From: Candidatus Geohabitans tengchongensis
GTDB lineage: Bacteria > Sysuimicrobiota > Sysuimicrobiia > Sysuimicrobiales > Humicultoraceae
NCBI GenBank assembly: GCA_031459625.1
Contig: JAVKIH010000002.1
Coordinates: 73,174 to 137,173, forward strand
Direction: 5' to 3'
Length of the DNA stretch: 64,000 nt
Shown here: one piece after another, positions 39,029 through 50,231 of the stretch
How positions within the stretch are numbered: position 1 is the stretch's first letter
How the letters are laid out: the number at the start of each line of letters is the position of its first letter
Notes under the pieces: generated by a model
Databases searched by the model: none
What the model saw: only the letters and a program-made list of their open reading frames with translations
Told to the model about the DNA's origin: nothing
Made by a program: the position numbers and the translations under genes

Positions 39029-40143
39029 TTCAGGCGGGCGATGACGGCGTCGGTGAGGTCCAGGCTGGTCACGTTGCTGATGTAGCGCGTGAGCACCACG
39101 TCGAGCCCCTGCTCGGCGGCCAGCGCCGCCACCTCGATCTTCACCTCGGCCAGCAGGCTGTCTTGGAGGCGCAGCCGCTGCTCCTGGAGGGCCTGCCGTT
39201 CCGCCTGCAGCTGCCGCTCCCGTTCGCGCAGCTGGGCCAGGTAGCGCTGCTGGGCCTCCTCCACCTGGCGGCGCAGCGCCCCCAGGATCTGGCGGCGCAC
39301 CGCCTGCACGCGGGCCTGGAAGCGGGCCTGCTGCGCCCGGGCCCGCTGCGCCGCCCGGGCCTCCAGCTCCCGCCGCTTCGCCTCGACCAGCGTGCGCACC
39401 TCGGCTTCGGCCTGGCGCGAGAGCCGCTCCAGCCGCGCCCGAGCCAGCTGCTCCTGCGCGCGCTGGAACTCCGCCAGCTGCTGGTCCAGCTCGGCGGCGC
39501 GCTGCCGGATCCGGGCGTCGCGCTCCGACTGCAGCCGGGCCAGCTCCTCGTTGAGGCGGCGCAGCTCCTCCTCATTGGCGAGCCCCACCACGTCCGCCTT
39601 GAGGCGCAGGTTGGCCAGCGGGTAGCGGTACTCCTCGATCACCTGCAGCTCGTAGGCGCGCAGCGCCTCCTGCAGGGCGGCGGCCCGCGCCTCGACGGCG
39701 CGGCGCACCTCGGCCTCGATCTGCCGCTGGCTGGCCTGGAGGCGGGCCCGCCGCTCCTCCTGGACCTGCCGGGCGTACCGGTCCAGGAGGGCCTGGTCGC
39801 GCTGCCGCTGGGCCTGCAGCTCCGCCTCGAGGGCCGCGCGGATCTGCCGGGCCTGGGCCGCCAGTTGCGCCTCCGCGCGGCGCTGGTCGAGCGGCGGTGG
39901 TGGCGGCGGCGAGAGGAGGGCCACCTCCACCGCCTGCAGGCGGCGGTTCAGGGCGTCGAGGGCGGGCCAGCGCGGGTGGCGCCGGGCCACAGCGTCGATG
40001 TCGACCACGGCAACGCGCAGCGGCCGCGCGGTGCGCGCGGCGGTGGGGGCGGGCCGGACCTCCCCGCGCCCCCCGGGCCGTCCGCCGCACGCCGCCAGGA
40101 AGAGGGTGGCCGCGGCGAGCGTGGCGGCGGTAAGGCGACGCAT
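39025..40143 (-). CDS. Extended coiled-coil OmpH/Skp-like lipoprotein
   Basis: LAAC lipobox, [14 protein letters not shown], long coiled coil, [10 protein letters not shown]. Confidence 0.75.
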   Translation of the reverse strand: MRRLTAATLAAATLFLAACGGRPGGRGEVRPAPTAARTARPLRVAVVDIDAVARRHPRWPALDALNRRLQAVEVALLSPPPPPPLDQRRAEAQLAAQARQIRAALEAELQAQRQRDQALLDRYARQVQEERRARLQASQRQIEAEVRRAVEARAAALQEALRAYELQVIEEYRYPLANLRLKADVVGLANEEELRRLNEELARLQSERDARIRQRAAELDQQLAEFQRAQEQLARARLERLSRQAEAEVRTLVEAKRRELEARAAQRARAQQARFQARVQAVRRQILGALRRQVEEAQQRYLAQLRERERQLQAERQALQEQRLRLQDSLLAEVKIEVAALAAEQGLDVVLTRYISNVTSLDLTDAVIARLK

Positions 40144-40148
40144 TCGGC

Positions 40149-40631
40149 CTACTTCCCGGTCAGGCGCTTGATCACCTGGTCGGTGAGGTCGACGCCTCCG
40201 AACAACACGACGGAGCGCTCCAGGACGATGCTGACGTTCTCGGCCCGGGCGACCTCCTCGACGGCCGCGCGCAGGTCACGGTCCAGCCCGCCCAGCAGTT
40301 CCTGGCGCTTCTGGATGACCTGCTGTTGCAGCTGGCGGTCGAGCTGCTGGCGCTGCTCGGGGGTGAGCCCGCGCGCCCGCTGGGCGAACTCCCGCTGCTT
40401 GGCCTGGAAGAACTCCTGGAGGGCGCGCTCCGACGCGGCCTTGCGCGGGTGCGCGTCCAGCGCCCGCTGCATGTCCACGAAGCCGATGACGAAGCTCTGC
40501 CCGAAGACCGGCGGCGCGCCCGAGCGGCCGAGCAGGACGACCGCCACGATGAGCACGGCGACCACGACGGCGGCTGCCACGGTGCGCAGCGTCCGCCGGG
40601 AATACCGGACCTGCGCCAGACGTTCTCCCAA
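40149..40631 (-). CDS. OmpH/Skp family chaperone
   Basis: IGFVDMQRALDAHP, VLFGGVDLTDQVI; TTG start after AAGGAGG. Confidence 0.85.
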   Translation of the reverse strand: MGERLAQVRYSRRTLRTVAAAVVVAVLIVAVVLLGRSGAPPVFGQSFVIGFVDMQRALDAHPRKAASERALQEFFQAKQREFAQRARGLTPEQRQQLDRQLQQQVIQKRQELLGGLDRDLRAAVEEVARAENVSIVLERSVVLFGGVDLTDQVIKRLTGK

Positions 40632-40805
40632 CGACCATCCCTCCTTCCGAGCTCGCAGGTGCGCGTCCGCGCCGTCCGCGCGTCCCCGTGCGCCGTGCGG
40701 AAGCACACCCATTCTACCCGCGCCGTCAACCGGCCCGCTGCCAGCGCGGCGTGCCCCGGCGCCTTCGTCGCCCGACCCCCCCTGCAGTGGTCCTCGGCAC
40801 CGTCA

Positions 40806-42119
40806 TCACAGGTTGCTGAGCAGGCGCAGCCACACGTCGCCCCGGGACGTGGCCACGAGCTCGCCCGCCTGGAACTCGTTCAGCCGGTAGCGCACGCTGG
40901 CCTCCACGGTCCCCGCGCTGCTCTCCAGGGCCAGCCGCACGTCCACATCCGGGCTCAGCGTGTACGCCGTCCAGGTCAGGAGCCGCGGACGGTTGAGCGT
41001 CTTGGCCACGCCCACCTGCCACGCGGGCGTCGGGGTGACCGCGACCCCCAGGTCGTACCGCAGGTCGAGGGTGTTGGGGGTGACGGCCAGCTGGCCGAAC
41101 ACCTCCACCGCGCCGAAGAGACGGCCCAGGGAGACCTGGAGTTCCGGGGGCGGCGCCTGCGTGCCGACGGTGATCACCGCCTGGAGCCGGGCGCGGTAGA
41201 GGAGCGAGTCGGCCACCACCGTCACGACAGTGGTCTCCCCCACGCGCAGCGCGGGGCGGGCCACGATGTGGTACTGCACCACGGGCGGATAGGCGGCCAG
41301 GGTCGCGGCCACAAGCCCTTCCAGCGCGGCGCGGTGGGCCTCGGCGAAGGCGACCGGCAGCCCGCGCAGCGGGTCGGCGAAGGAGGCCACGACGGGAGCG
41401 TGCTGGTCGAGCAGGATCGTGGGGATGGACGACGAGCGGAAGCGCACGCCGATGTTGCGCACGACGCGGCTGTCGCGCGGGACCAGCCGGCCGGCCACGA
41501 CGGTCTCCGCCCCGGCCGCCAGCTGCGCTTCCAGGGTGTAACCGGGCACCGCCGCCTCGGCGACGCGGCGCAGCTCCGCGACCACCAGCGGTCCGGCCCA
41601 GTCCACCGCGGCCACGGGAAGCCCGGTGAGGAGGGTGGCCGCCGCCGGAGCCAGCTGTGTCGCCACCAGGGCCTCGAGTAGCGGCCACACCCGCGGGTGG
41701 ACCTCGGCGCGCGGGCGCAGGACCACCCGGCGGATGAGCGGCGGGGCGGGGCGCAGGCGCACCAGCACGGTGCTGGTCGGCCCCGGGTCGATCTGCCCCG
41801 CGGTGACCGCGTACCCGGCCACGACGCGGTCGAGGACGGTGCGCAGGACGGATTCGAGCTGGCGCTGCCCCTCGCGCACCCCGCCGACCGGCCGCCCCAC
41901 CAGGAGGCGGCGGGCCACCGCGTCCACCGTCTCCTCCAGCCGTGCCCGGATCGGCGGGGCGGGCACCGGCCCCTCCACCTCGAGGCGCACCGCCACCTCC
42001 TGGACGGCGGGCACCTGCGCGCGCACCGCCGGCGCCAGGGCAAGGGCACAGAGGAGCAGCGCGGCGACGCCTGCGGGAGCGGGGCGGGCCCTCAGAAGGG
42101 ATGGCCCAGGCTGAGCCAC
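40806..42119 (-). CDS. Exported hypothetical protein downstream of bamA (possible beta-rich C-terminus)
   Basis: Signal peptide; amphipathic beta-strand-like C-terminus; overlaps bamA end. Confidence 0.7.
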   Translation of the reverse strand: MAQPGPSLLRARPAPAGVAALLLCALALAPAVRAQVPAVQEVAVRLEVEGPVPAPPIRARLEETVDAVARRLLVGRPVGGVREGQRQLESVLRTVLDRVVAGYAVTAGQIDPGPTSTVLVRLRPAPPLIRRVVLRPRAEVHPRVWPLLEALVATQLAPAAATLLTGLPVAAVDWAGPLVVAELRRVAEAAVPGYTLEAQLAAGAETVVAGRLVPRDSRVVRNIGVRFRSSSIPTILLDQHAPVVASFADPLRGLPVAFAEAHRAALEGLVAATLAAYPPVVQYHIVARPALRVGETTVVTVVADSLLYRARLQAVITVGTQAPPPELQVSLGRLFGAVEVFGQLAVTPNTLDLRYDLGVAVTPTPAWQVGVAKTLNRPRLLTWTAYTLSPDVDVRLALESSAGTVEASVRYRLNEFQAGELVATSRGDVWLRLLSNL

Positions 42120-44116
42120 GTCTGGGTCCCCTCCGGTCCGAAGGCGACGTCGAGCCGGATCGTGCCGAGCGGCGTCCGGAACGCCGTCCCCACGCCGTAG
42201 GTCACCTTTAGCCCCTCCCCGCCGCCCAGCGGCGCCGCTCCCGCGTCCACGAAGACCACGCCGGTGAAGTCGCGCAGGAAGGGGGCGATCCCCCCAAGCG
42301 GCGTGCGGTACTCCACGTTCAGCAGGCCCATGGAGGGACCGCGGAAGCGGCCGGCCGGGAAGCCGCGCAGCGTCGTCGCGCCGCCGACGACGAAGAACTC
42401 CTGCAGGGGGAGGTCCCCGCCGCTCAGTCCGACCATGACCCGGCCGGCCAGCAGGGAGCCGCCGCCGAAGGGGAAGTACTGGACGTACTCGGCCACGTAC
42501 TTCTGGAAGGCGAACTCCCCGCCCAGGGCGGGGAGCCCGAGCTCGACGGAGAGGAGCTGCCGGCTCCCGCGGGTCGGTTCGATCTTGTTGTCCCGCGTGT
42601 CGCGCACCCCGGTGGCGGCCAGGGCGACGGTGCGGCAGCCGCCGGCGCCGGAGAGACAGCCGGGGTTGAAGAAGGTCGGGGGCGGAGCGGGCGAGGCGGG
42701 ATCGTTGGGGTCGAGGGGCAGCGGGTCGATGCTGGCCAGCTCCGAGCGCAGGCGCAGGGCGACGGTGGTGTCCGGAGCCACCGGCCGGCTGCCCTCGACG
42801 AAGCTCCCGGTGCGGGTGAGGTCGTAGCGTGACGTCAGGGTCCCTAGGACGAACTCCCGCTGGATCGCCGAGGTCTGGAAGAGGCTGATCTCCAGGCCGG
42901 TCCCGAGCGCGTCGAGGAACGGCTCGCGGAAGTTAAGGGAGAAGTTGAAGCGGGGGGAGGTCTCCGTCCCGGCGCCGAGTCCCACGCCGCGCTCCACGCG
43001 CAGGCTGATGGCCTGCCCGCGGCCCCGCCAGTTGCGCTCACCCACCTCCAGCGACCCCACCACGCCCTGGGCGGTGCTGTAGCCGATGCCGAAGGCGATG
43101 CGGCCGGTGCGCGCCTCCTGCACCTCGATCTCCAGTACGACCGTATCCGGCGTGGACCCGGGCCGCGGGCGGGCCTGGACGTTCTCGAAGAAGCCGAGCT
43201 CGAAGACGCGCTGCAGGTCGCGGTTCACCTGCTGGACGTTGAAGACGTCGCCGGGCTTGAGCGTGAGCGCCCGCCGCAGCACGAAGGGCTGGGTCTTGGT
43301 GAGGCCGCGGAACTCGACCGCCTCGATGCGCCCCTCGGCGATGCGCACCCGCAGGCGGCCGCCGTCGGCGGGAGTGAGGCCGGCGTCGGCCACCCGGGCC
43401 AGCACGTAGCCCCGGGACTCGTAGAGGCGCTCCACCGCCTGCGTCCCCTCGCGCAGCTGCCGGAAGTTCAGGACCTGGTGGAGCGGGACGCGCAGCGCCT
43501 GGAGGATCTCGGGGGTGGGGATCACGGTGTTCCCCTCCACCACCACGTCGATCACCACCGGGTTCTCCACGACCACGTACACGACGCGGACGCCCCCGGG
43601 TGCCCCCTGCACCCGGGCGGTGACGTCGGCGAACCAGCCCAGCTCGCCGATGGCCTGGACGTCGCGCCGGACCGTCTCCGGGTCCAGCAGGGTGGTGGGG
43701 CGCACCTGCACCTGGGCCAGGATCTGGTCGGTGGGGATGTGGCGGTTGCCCACCACCTCCACGGCCACGACCCGCGGCGCCGGTGTGGGGGCGGGCGTCG
43801 GCCCCGGCGTGGGGGTGGGGGTACCCCGCGGGGCGGGCGTGGGCGTGCCCGTCGGGGAAGGAGCGGGTGTCGGGGAGGGTCCCGGCGCGGGCGTCGCCGT
43901 GGGCGTCGGAGTTGGGGTCGGCCCGGGCGTCGCCGTGGGCGCCGGGCTCGGCGTCGGCGCGGGTGTGGCCGTGGGCGCTGGAGTTGGCGTGGGCGCGGGC
44001 GACGGCGTGGGCGCCTGGCCTGTCGCCGCGCGGGGAAGGACCGCGGCCGCCAGCAGAACCAGCGCGCAGACGAACACGCCAAGGGCCAGGGGGTGCCGGC
44101 ACCCGGAGGACCGCAT
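42092..44116 (-). CDS. bamA: Omp85/BamA outer-membrane assembly factor
   Basis: About 3 POTRA repeats, GIGYST, LRGF lid, [11 protein letters not shown], terminal F; Pro/Thr linker. Confidence 0.9.
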   Translation of the reverse strand: MRSSGCRHPLALGVFVCALVLLAAAVLPRAATGQAPTPSPAPTPTPAPTATPAPTPSPAPTATPGPTPTPTPTATPAPGPSPTPAPSPTGTPTPAPRGTPTPTPGPTPAPTPAPRVVAVEVVGNRHIPTDQILAQVQVRPTTLLDPETVRRDVQAIGELGWFADVTARVQGAPGGVRVVYVVVENPVVIDVVVEGNTVIPTPEILQALRVPLHQVLNFRQLREGTQAVERLYESRGYVLARVADAGLTPADGGRLRVRIAEGRIEAVEFRGLTKTQPFVLRRALTLKPGDVFNVQQVNRDLQRVFELGFFENVQARPRPGSTPDTVVLEIEVQEARTGRIAFGIGYSTAQGVVGSLEVGERNWRGRGQAISLRVERGVGLGAGTETSPRFNFSLNFREPFLDALGTGLEISLFQTSAIQREFVLGTLTSRYDLTRTGSFVEGSRPVAPDTTVALRLRSELASIDPLPLDPNDPASPAPPPTFFNPGCLSGAGGCRTVALAATGVRDTRDNKIEPTRGSRQLLSVELGLPALGGEFAFQKYVAEYVQYFPFGGGSLLAGRVMVGLSGGDLPLQEFFVVGGATTLRGFPAGRFRGPSMGLLNVEYRTPLGGIAPFLRDFTGVVFVDAGAAPLGGGEGLKVTYGVGTAFRTPLGTIRLDVAFGPEGTQTWLSLGHPF

Positions 44117-44127
44117 GGGGAAGGCGA

Positions 44128-44787
44128 TCAGCGCCCTCCCATCCTGAGGGAGCGCTCTGCGGCGAGCACCAGGTCGATCAGGTCACCCTCGGTGAGCACG
44201 GGCCGGGAGGCCTCGGTGCTCCCCCCGTCCCTCGCGCGCGGGCGGACCGACGGTGACGCGGTCCCGACGGGGTTCCGGGCGGGACGGGCGGTCCGCTGGG
44301 TGGTGACCACGGCCGGGGGGCGGGTCAGGCGGACCGGCGCCGGCACGGCGGGCGCGACCCGCACGCCGGAGGGTGCGGCAGCCTGGGCGGTGCCCGCGTC
44401 GTCGCTCAGGGCGACGAGCGCCAGCACCCGACCGACCTGGTGACCGAGCGTCAGGATCAGCGGCGCCGGTGGCGGCTCGCTGGCAGGCTGAGCGACCCGC
44501 CCCTGGGCCAGGAGGAGCGCCCCCGCCGCCACCAGGGCGACGGCCGCGGTCATGAGCGGCGCGCGTGGGGTGGCCGCGGGGGCGGTGGCCACGGCCTCCC
44601 GCGGCAGCAGGCGGGCGCGGTGCACCTCCGCCTCGGCCAGGAGCAACGTGAGCAGGCTGCGGGGCACGTTCCCTTGGGCGCACTCCTGCCTGGCCCGCGC
44701 CAGCCATCGCTCGGCGAACCCGATGTGGCGCACGATCTGCTGGGGCATCCCCTCGCGCACGCGGTTCTCGCCTCCTGCCTCCCCCAT
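44128..44787 (-). CDS. Single-TM hypothetical protein (candidate anti-sigma factor)
   Basis: Helical N-domain WLARARQE...LLLAEAEV, one TM helix, Pro-rich segment, [13 protein letters not shown]; start uncertain. Confidence 0.6.
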   Translation of the reverse strand: MGEAGGENRVREGMPQQIVRHIGFAERWLARARQECAQGNVPRSLLTLLLAEAEVHRARLLPREAVATAPAATPRAPLMTAAVALVAAGALLLAQGRVAQPASEPPPAPLILTLGHQVGRVLALVALSDDAGTAQAAAPSGVRVAPAVPAPVRLTRPPAVVTTQRTARPARNPVGTASPSVRPRARDGGSTEASRPVLTEGDLIDLVLAAERSLRMGGR

Positions 44788-44912
44788 CACTCGCCGCACA
44801 GTTACTATCCGCCGTTCGCGGCGCATCGTCCCACGGCCGGAGCAGCCCGCGCCAACCGGCACCGGGCACGGGCCCGCCCCCGCCGCACGCCGGTGGGCGC
44901 CGGGCGCCACCC

Positions 44913-45599
44913 TCACGGGCGCGCCGCGTCCGCCGAGGCCGGCGGACCGGCCAGGACGGCACGGACGCGCTCGAGCGCCCGGCGCTGGATCCGGTAGAAG
45001 TGCGAGAGGCTGACGCGCAGGTCCACGGCCACCGCGCGCGGCTCCGCTTCCCCGATCAACGCCCGCAACGCCGCGCGCTCGCGCGGCGGGAGGTCGGCGA
45101 TGACCTGGCGCACCTCCCCCGCCAGCACCTCGTCCTCGACGCGCTGCAGGACCCCCTCGGTGGCCAACGCCGCCTCCCCGGTCTCTTCGACCAGCTGGTC
45201 GAGCGAGGCGTCGGTGCGCTCGCGGTGCAGGGCGTTGAGGATGGCCCCGCGGATGCGGTAGGTGGCGAAGGTGCTGAAGCGGACGCCGCGGGCAGGGTCG
45301 AAGCGCTCCACCGCCTCGATGAGCCCCACCGTCCCCTCCTGGATGGCGTCCATCAGCAGGGCGTCGGGGGGGCGCAGCTGCATGGCCACCTTGAAGACCA
45401 GCGGCTGATAGGCCTCGATCAGCCGTGCCCGGCTGGCGGCGTCATCGTGGGCGCGAAACTGCGCCCACAGCAGCGTCTCCTCCTCCGGGGTGAGGAGGGC
45501 GACCTGCTGGAGCTCGCGGAGGTAATCGGCGAAGAACGGGTCCGTCGTCCGCATCATCTCGCTCGAATTCGTCCGCCCCGACTGATCTCCTCTCTCCAC
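44913..45599 (-). CDS. Sigma-70 family alternative sigma factor (group-3-like, compact)
   Basis: LLTPEEE, DAIQEGTVGLIEAVERFDPARGVRFSTFATYRIRG, region 4 HTH. Confidence 0.88.
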   Translation of the reverse strand: MERGDQSGRTNSSEMMRTTDPFFADYLRELQQVALLTPEEETLLWAQFRAHDDAASRARLIEAYQPLVFKVAMQLRPPDALLMDAIQEGTVGLIEAVERFDPARGVRFSTFATYRIRGAILNALHRERTDASLDQLVEETGEAALATEGVLQRVEDEVLAGEVRQVIADLPPRERAALRALIGEAEPRAVAVDLRVSLSHFYRIQRRALERVRAVLAGPPASADAARP

Positions 45600-45641
45600 C
45601 GGTCGCCGCCCGCTGGTTCGGCTCCGCGGGTGACCGCCGGG

Positions 45642-48600
45642 TCAGAAGGTGATGCGGTAGAGCAGGAGGACGTCGGTGCGGCCGAAGTTGTCGACGTTCA
45701 ACGTCAGCAGCATGGCGGGCGCGAACCGGTACTCCAGCGCCCAGATGAACCGCGTCTCCTCCTCGAACACCGTCGTGAGCGTCAGGTAGAGGTCGCGGAG
45801 CAGCACCCGCCCTACGCGCAGCTGCAGGGGGCGCTCGAAGTCATAGGTGATGGTGAACTCCTCCAGGCCCAGCACCCGCGCGATCGACTCCCCCACCTGC
45901 CCCAGGAGGAGGCGGCTCAGCTCCAGGCGCAGCGCTTCGCCCACGTCCCCCTCGCGCAGCGCCGCCAGCCCCGACTCGCGGTAGAGGAGAGCGGCGATCT
46001 CCTGGCGCGACATGGGCGGGTCGGAGGTGAGGACGAGGCGCTCTCCCAGCTCGGCCGGGGTGGCGTCCGTCACTTCGATGAAGATGCGGGTGCTGCCCAC
46101 GCGGGTCTCGGCCCGCGCGCTGATGCGCGGCACGAGCCCCTGGCCTGGGACGAAGCGGGCCGCGCCCTCCTGGAGCAGGACGGTGCGGCCGAAGACGTTG
46201 AGCACGCCGCGCTCGGCCACCAGCTCTCCCTGCAGGCTCGGATCCGCCAGGGTCCCGCCCAGCACGATCGCGCTGCCCTGGCGCAGGTCGATGCGCAGGC
46301 GGCCGAGCTGCACGGCCAGGTCGGGACCGCTGGCCAGGCGCACTTCGCGGAAGCGCACCGTCGGCGGGCCAGGGCGCAAGGGCGCGGCCGCGCGCCCCAC
46401 CGGCGGGACCACCGTCCCGTTGCGCAGGGTCACCCCGCCGGACAGCTCCGGCGGCCGGTGGGGGTCGCCGAGCGGGCCGGTGAGGGTGAGGTCCGCGTCC
46501 ACGTCCGCGTTCACGTAGGGGGGTGCGGCCAGGCGCGCCCCGCGCGCCTCCAGCACCAGCCCCTCCGCCCGGACGGGACGGAACTCCCGCACGGCCACGG
46601 CGCCGGCCAGCCCCACCGTGCCGCGGCCCAGCCGCGCCGTCAGACGCTGGACCCGCACCTGGTCGTCGGTGAAGGTGATCTCCCCGGCGAGGGCCTCGAG
46701 CGGCACCTCCAGACCCCGGAGCCGCAGCCGGCCGTCGCGGACCGCCAGCCGGCCGGCGAGTTCCGGATGGGTGGGCGTCCCCTCGATCAGCACCCCGCCC
46801 TCCAGGCGCCCCGTGGCCTCGCGCACGGCGGGCGTCAGCAGGGTGAGGACGCCGAGCGTCGTCTCCTCCAGGGTGATCTGGAAGCGCATCGGCCGGTCGG
46901 CCAGGCGGCGCAGCGCCGGGTTGAAGGGGAGCCGCCCCTCCCCCTTGATCCGGTGGCCGTCCTCGCGGAGCAGGGCCTGCTCCACATGGAACTGTCCGTC
47001 CTTGTAGAAGGCGTTGGCCACGAGCGAGTCGAAGGCGACGGCCCCGACGCGCCCGTCCCGCACCTCGAGCGAGATGCCCACCTCGGGCTCGGCCAGGCGG
47101 CCGCTCACCTGCGTGGCGAAGTCGAACCGCCCGGCCAGCGGCTGTGCCGTGCCGAGGACCGGACGGAGGAGGTCGAAGGGCAGCCCCTGCCCGCCCACCT
47201 CGAACTGGCTGTGGCCCTGCAGGTCGACCCGTCCGGCCGCCGCCACCAGCCCCTCGCCCACACGGGCGCGCGCCCCGCGGATGTGCACGACGTCGTCGGC
47301 CATGGCCAGGTCCAGCCGCGCCTCGGGCATGGGGTGGTCGCCCAGACGCCCCTCCGTGAGCGTGGCGTCGAGCGCGGCCTGCGGGCGGCCGATCGGACCG
47401 CGGACCGCCACGGTCCCCTGGAGGCGGCCGTCGACGGCCAGGGGGGGATGGATGCGCCCCAGGTCCAGCAGGGTCGCCAGCCGGCCGCCCTCCACGCGGG
47501 CCTGCAGGTCGAGCGTGTAGGGCGGGTGCGTCTGCACGGTGCCGCTCACGACGTACTGCCCGCCCGCCCGCGTAAACGCGAGCGGATCCAGAGCCAGGCG
47601 GCCGTTCCGCCACGCCACATGGCCGGTCGCGGCGTCGAAGGCCACGCCGTTGATGAGCAGGTCCGTGGAGGCCAGCGTGGCCGTCACCGTCGGGGCGGCG
47701 GCGCTGCCGCCCACGCGCCCGTCGAGGTCGACGGTCCCCGCCACCTGCAGCGCCTCCCGGGGCAGGAGGCTCAGGTCGCGCAGGTCGAACCCCCGCGCGG
47801 TGAAGCGCAGCGCGAGCGGCCCGCGCCGCGGCACGGTCCCGCGGGCCGTGACCAGCGAGGTCCCCAGGCGCGCTTCGGCCCGCTCGACGGTGAGGAGCTC
47901 GGGCGTCCAGCGGAAGGCCGCCGCCGCGGAGGTGACGGGCTGTCCGGCGATGCGTCCGTCCCGCAGGGTGAGGCGCCCCTGGGCCCGGGGGCGGCCCGGG
48001 GCGCCGCGCAGCGTCACCGTGCCGGCGATGCGGCCGTGCGCCTCCACCGGCAGGTCCACCGCCTCGGCCAGGGTGTCGGCCGGGATGTCGCGGACCTCGG
48101 CGGTCAGGTCGAACCGCCCCCCGGCCGCCCACCCCACGCTTCCGCTTACCACGTAGCGTCCGCCCGCCTGCCGGACGACGGTCTGGGGGGTCCGCAGGGT
48201 GTGGCGGGTGAGGCGCACCACCCCGTCGAGGCTGTCGAACCGCAGCGGGCCCACGCGTCCCTCGTCCGTCCAGACCGTGGCCAGCAGGACGGGATCGGCC
48301 AGCGTGCCGCCGACCTGCCCCTCCCCCGAGAGGCGTCCGGCGAGCGGGAGGCGCACACCCGTCTCCGCGGCGAGCAGCGTCAGGGGGATCTGCTGGGCCC
48401 AGAGGTCCAGGTCCAGGGTGCCGCGGGGCCCCGCCTCGCCCGAGGCGTGGACCTCGGCCGGGCCGCGACGCGCCCGCAGGAAAGGGAGGGTGAGCGCGCC
48501 GTCGTCACCGTAGGCGAAGGCCGCTTCCAGCCGGTCGAAGCTCACCCCGAGCCCGCTCCCCCGGCCCACCGTGCCCACCCCTTCCGCGGCGACCCGGTCG

Positions 48601-50018
48601 TCGAAGCGCACCACCACGAAGCGCCCGCTCGCCGTCCCCCGCAGCGGCAGGAGCACGCCGAGGCCGGCGCGGGCCGGCAGGTCCAGGCTGACGCCCTCCG
48701 CCGTGGCGGCCAGGAAGAGGCCCGGACGGCCCAGGGTGATGCGCACCTCTCCGGCTAGGCGGCCGCGCCCGGCGGTCAGGGTGAAGTCCTCCAGGGCCAC
48801 CAGGTCGCCGTAGAGGGTGAAGTCGGCGGAGGCATGGGTGAAGGGCTGGCGGGCGATGACCCCGTGGGCGTCGGCCACACGGCCCACCACCACCGGGGCC
48901 CGCATCGGACCTTCGATGCGCACCGCCCCGCCGGCCGACCCCGTGAGGCGCAGGGCGCTTGCGGGGAAGAGGAGACGCCGCAGCGTCACGAGGTCCAGCC
49001 CCGGCGAGCGCACCACCAGGTCCATTCGGCCGCCCCCGACGAGGGAGACCTCTCCGCTCACCTCCAGCGGGGAGGTGCCCACGACCAGGCGGACCCCGTC
49101 GCTCTCCAGGTGGAGGTTGTTCACGGTGACCGTCCCCGTCACGCGGCGCACCGGCACGCGCTGGGGGAGGATCTGTCCCGCGCCGTCCCGCAGCACCAGC
49201 GTCCCCCGGTAGTCCAGCACCAGGCGCTCGCCCCAGCGCGAGGCCAGCAGGTGGAAGCGGCCGTCGAAGGCGCCACCCTGCAGCGCCGCGCGCGGCGAGC
49301 GGATCAGGTAGGGACCCCACTGGGCCACCGGGGCGTCGGTCACCTGCACGTCGAGGTCGAAGGTGCCCTGACCGACCGTGAACTGCCCGCGGGCCCGGGC
49401 CGGCGAGCGCCGTCCCCGGAAGACGCTGGTCAGGCTGCCCTCCACGGCGACCACAGGGGCCTGGTGCAGGTCGGCCACCCCCGCCACCTCCTCGAACCGC
49501 GCCTGGAACACCGCTCCCGGCGCGGCGCGGTCGAGCAGGTGGACGGTCCCGCGCGCGACCGCGACCCGCCCGCGGAAGGGCGGCGGCGCCGGCGGGGCGG
49601 CAGGCGGCCGCGGGGGGAAGAGGCCGAGGATGTTCCACCGTCCGCGCACGTCGCGCTCGAGCCACACTTCGGGGCCCTCGAGGCGGACGTGGGTGACGGC
49701 GCGCAGCGGGCCCTGGCCGAGGACCAGGTCCACGATCAGCCGCGCCACGTCGAAGAGCACCACCGCGCGGTCCACCCGGAAGAGGACGCCCTGGGCCAGA
49801 CGGGTCCGGCTGGCCACGGCCACCCGCTCGAGGACGACCCCGCGGATGGGGTCGCCCCGCAGCGCCCCCACGGCCACCTCCCGCCCGAGCAGCGCCTCCA
49901 CCTGGGTGACGAGGCGGACGCGCACCGCCTCGTGCACCTCGCCCGACAGCAGCGCCGCCGTCCCTGCCGCGAGCAGCAGGAGGAGGACGAACGCCGGGAT
50001 GAGGAGGATCAGGCGCAT
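45642..50018 (-). CDS. tamB: TamB/AsmA-like translocation-assembly protein
   Basis: 1458 aa, N-terminal TM helix, repeated beta-taco units, LTSDPPMSRQEI C-terminal domain. Confidence 0.85.
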   Translation of the reverse strand: MRLILLIPAFVLLLLLAAGTAALLSGEVHEAVRVRLVTQVEALLGREVAVGALRGDPIRGVVLERVAVASRTRLAQGVLFRVDRAVVLFDVARLIVDLVLGQGPLRAVTHVRLEGPEVWLERDVRGRWNILGLFPPRPPAAPPAPPPFRGRVAVARGTVHLLDRAAPGAVFQARFEEVAGVADLHQAPVVAVEGSLTSVFRGRRSPARARGQFTVGQGTFDLDVQVTDAPVAQWGPYLIRSPRAALQGGAFDGRFHLLASRWGERLVLDYRGTLVLRDGAGQILPQRVPVRRVTGTVTVNNLHLESDGVRLVVGTSPLEVSGEVSLVGGGRMDLVVRSPGLDLVTLRRLLFPASALRLTGSAGGAVRIEGPMRAPVVVGRVADAHGVIARQPFTHASADFTLYGDLVALEDFTLTAGRGRLAGEVRITLGRPGLFLAATAEGVSLDLPARAGLGVLLPLRGTASGRFVVVRFDDRVAAEGVGTVGRGSGLGVSFDRLEAAFAYGDDGALTLPFLRARRGPAEVHASGEAGPRGTLDLDLWAQQIPLTLLAAETGVRLPLAGRLSGEGQVGGTLADPVLLATVWTDEGRVGPLRFDSLDGVVRLTRHTLRTPQTVVRQAGGRYVVSGSVGWAAGGRFDLTAEVRDIPADTLAEAVDLPVEAHGRIAGTVTLRGAPGRPRAQGRLTLRDGRIAGQPVTSAAAAFRWTPELLTVERAEARLGTSLVTARGTVPRRGPLALRFTARGFDLRDLSLLPREALQVAGTVDLDGRVGGSAAAPTVTATLASTDLLINGVAFDAATGHVAWRNGRLALDPLAFTRAGGQYVVSGTVQTHPPYTLDLQARVEGGRLATLLDLGRIHPPLAVDGRLQGTVAVRGPIGRPQAALDATLTEGRLGDHPMPEARLDLAMADDVVHIRGARARVGEGLVAAAGRVDLQGHSQFEVGGQGLPFDLLRPVLGTAQPLAGRFDFATQVSGRLAEPEVGISLEVRDGRVGAVAFDSLVANAFYKDGQFHVEQALLREDGHRIKGEGRLPFNPALRRLADRPMRFQITLEETTLGVLTLLTPAVREATGRLEGGVLIEGTPTHPELAGRLAVRDGRLRLRGLEVPLEALAGEITFTDDQVRVQRLTARLGRGTVGLAGAVAVREFRPVRAEGLVLEARGARLAAPPYVNADVDADLTLTGPLGDPHRPPELSGGVTLRNGTVVPPVGRAAAPLRPGPPTVRFREVRLASGPDLAVQLGRLRIDLRQGSAIVLGGTLADPSLQGELVAERGVLNVFGRTVLLQEGAARFVPGQGLVPRISARAETRVGSTRIFIEVTDATPAELGERLVLTSDPPMSRQEIAALLYRESGLAALREGDVGEALRLELSRLLLGQVGESIARVLGLEEFTITYDFERPLQLRVGRVLLRDLYLTLTTVFEEETRFIWALEYRFAPAMLLTLNVDNFGRTDVLLLYRITF

Positions 50019-50231
50019 GGTCGACCGGTCGTGGGGCCGCCCCGTCGGGCCGGCCTCAGGGGCGAGGAGACCGCGCGCCCCGGACGGACGGCCCGAAGTG
50101 ACCGCTCAAGGGAAACGTGCCCGTTTGGGGAAAGGTTTCCCCCTTCCCTTCCATCATGCCCGGGACCCCGGCGCCGGTCGTGGGTGGGACGCTGCGGCCC
50201 GGGGCGCCGTCACACCTCCTGGGCGGGGCCC

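Noticed and set aside
45000..48758. Long antisense ORFs (also 5765-8251, 27292-29391, 51598-54237, 60651-62519)
   Set aside because: Stop-poor shadow frames of GC-rich genes, with no recognisable motifs
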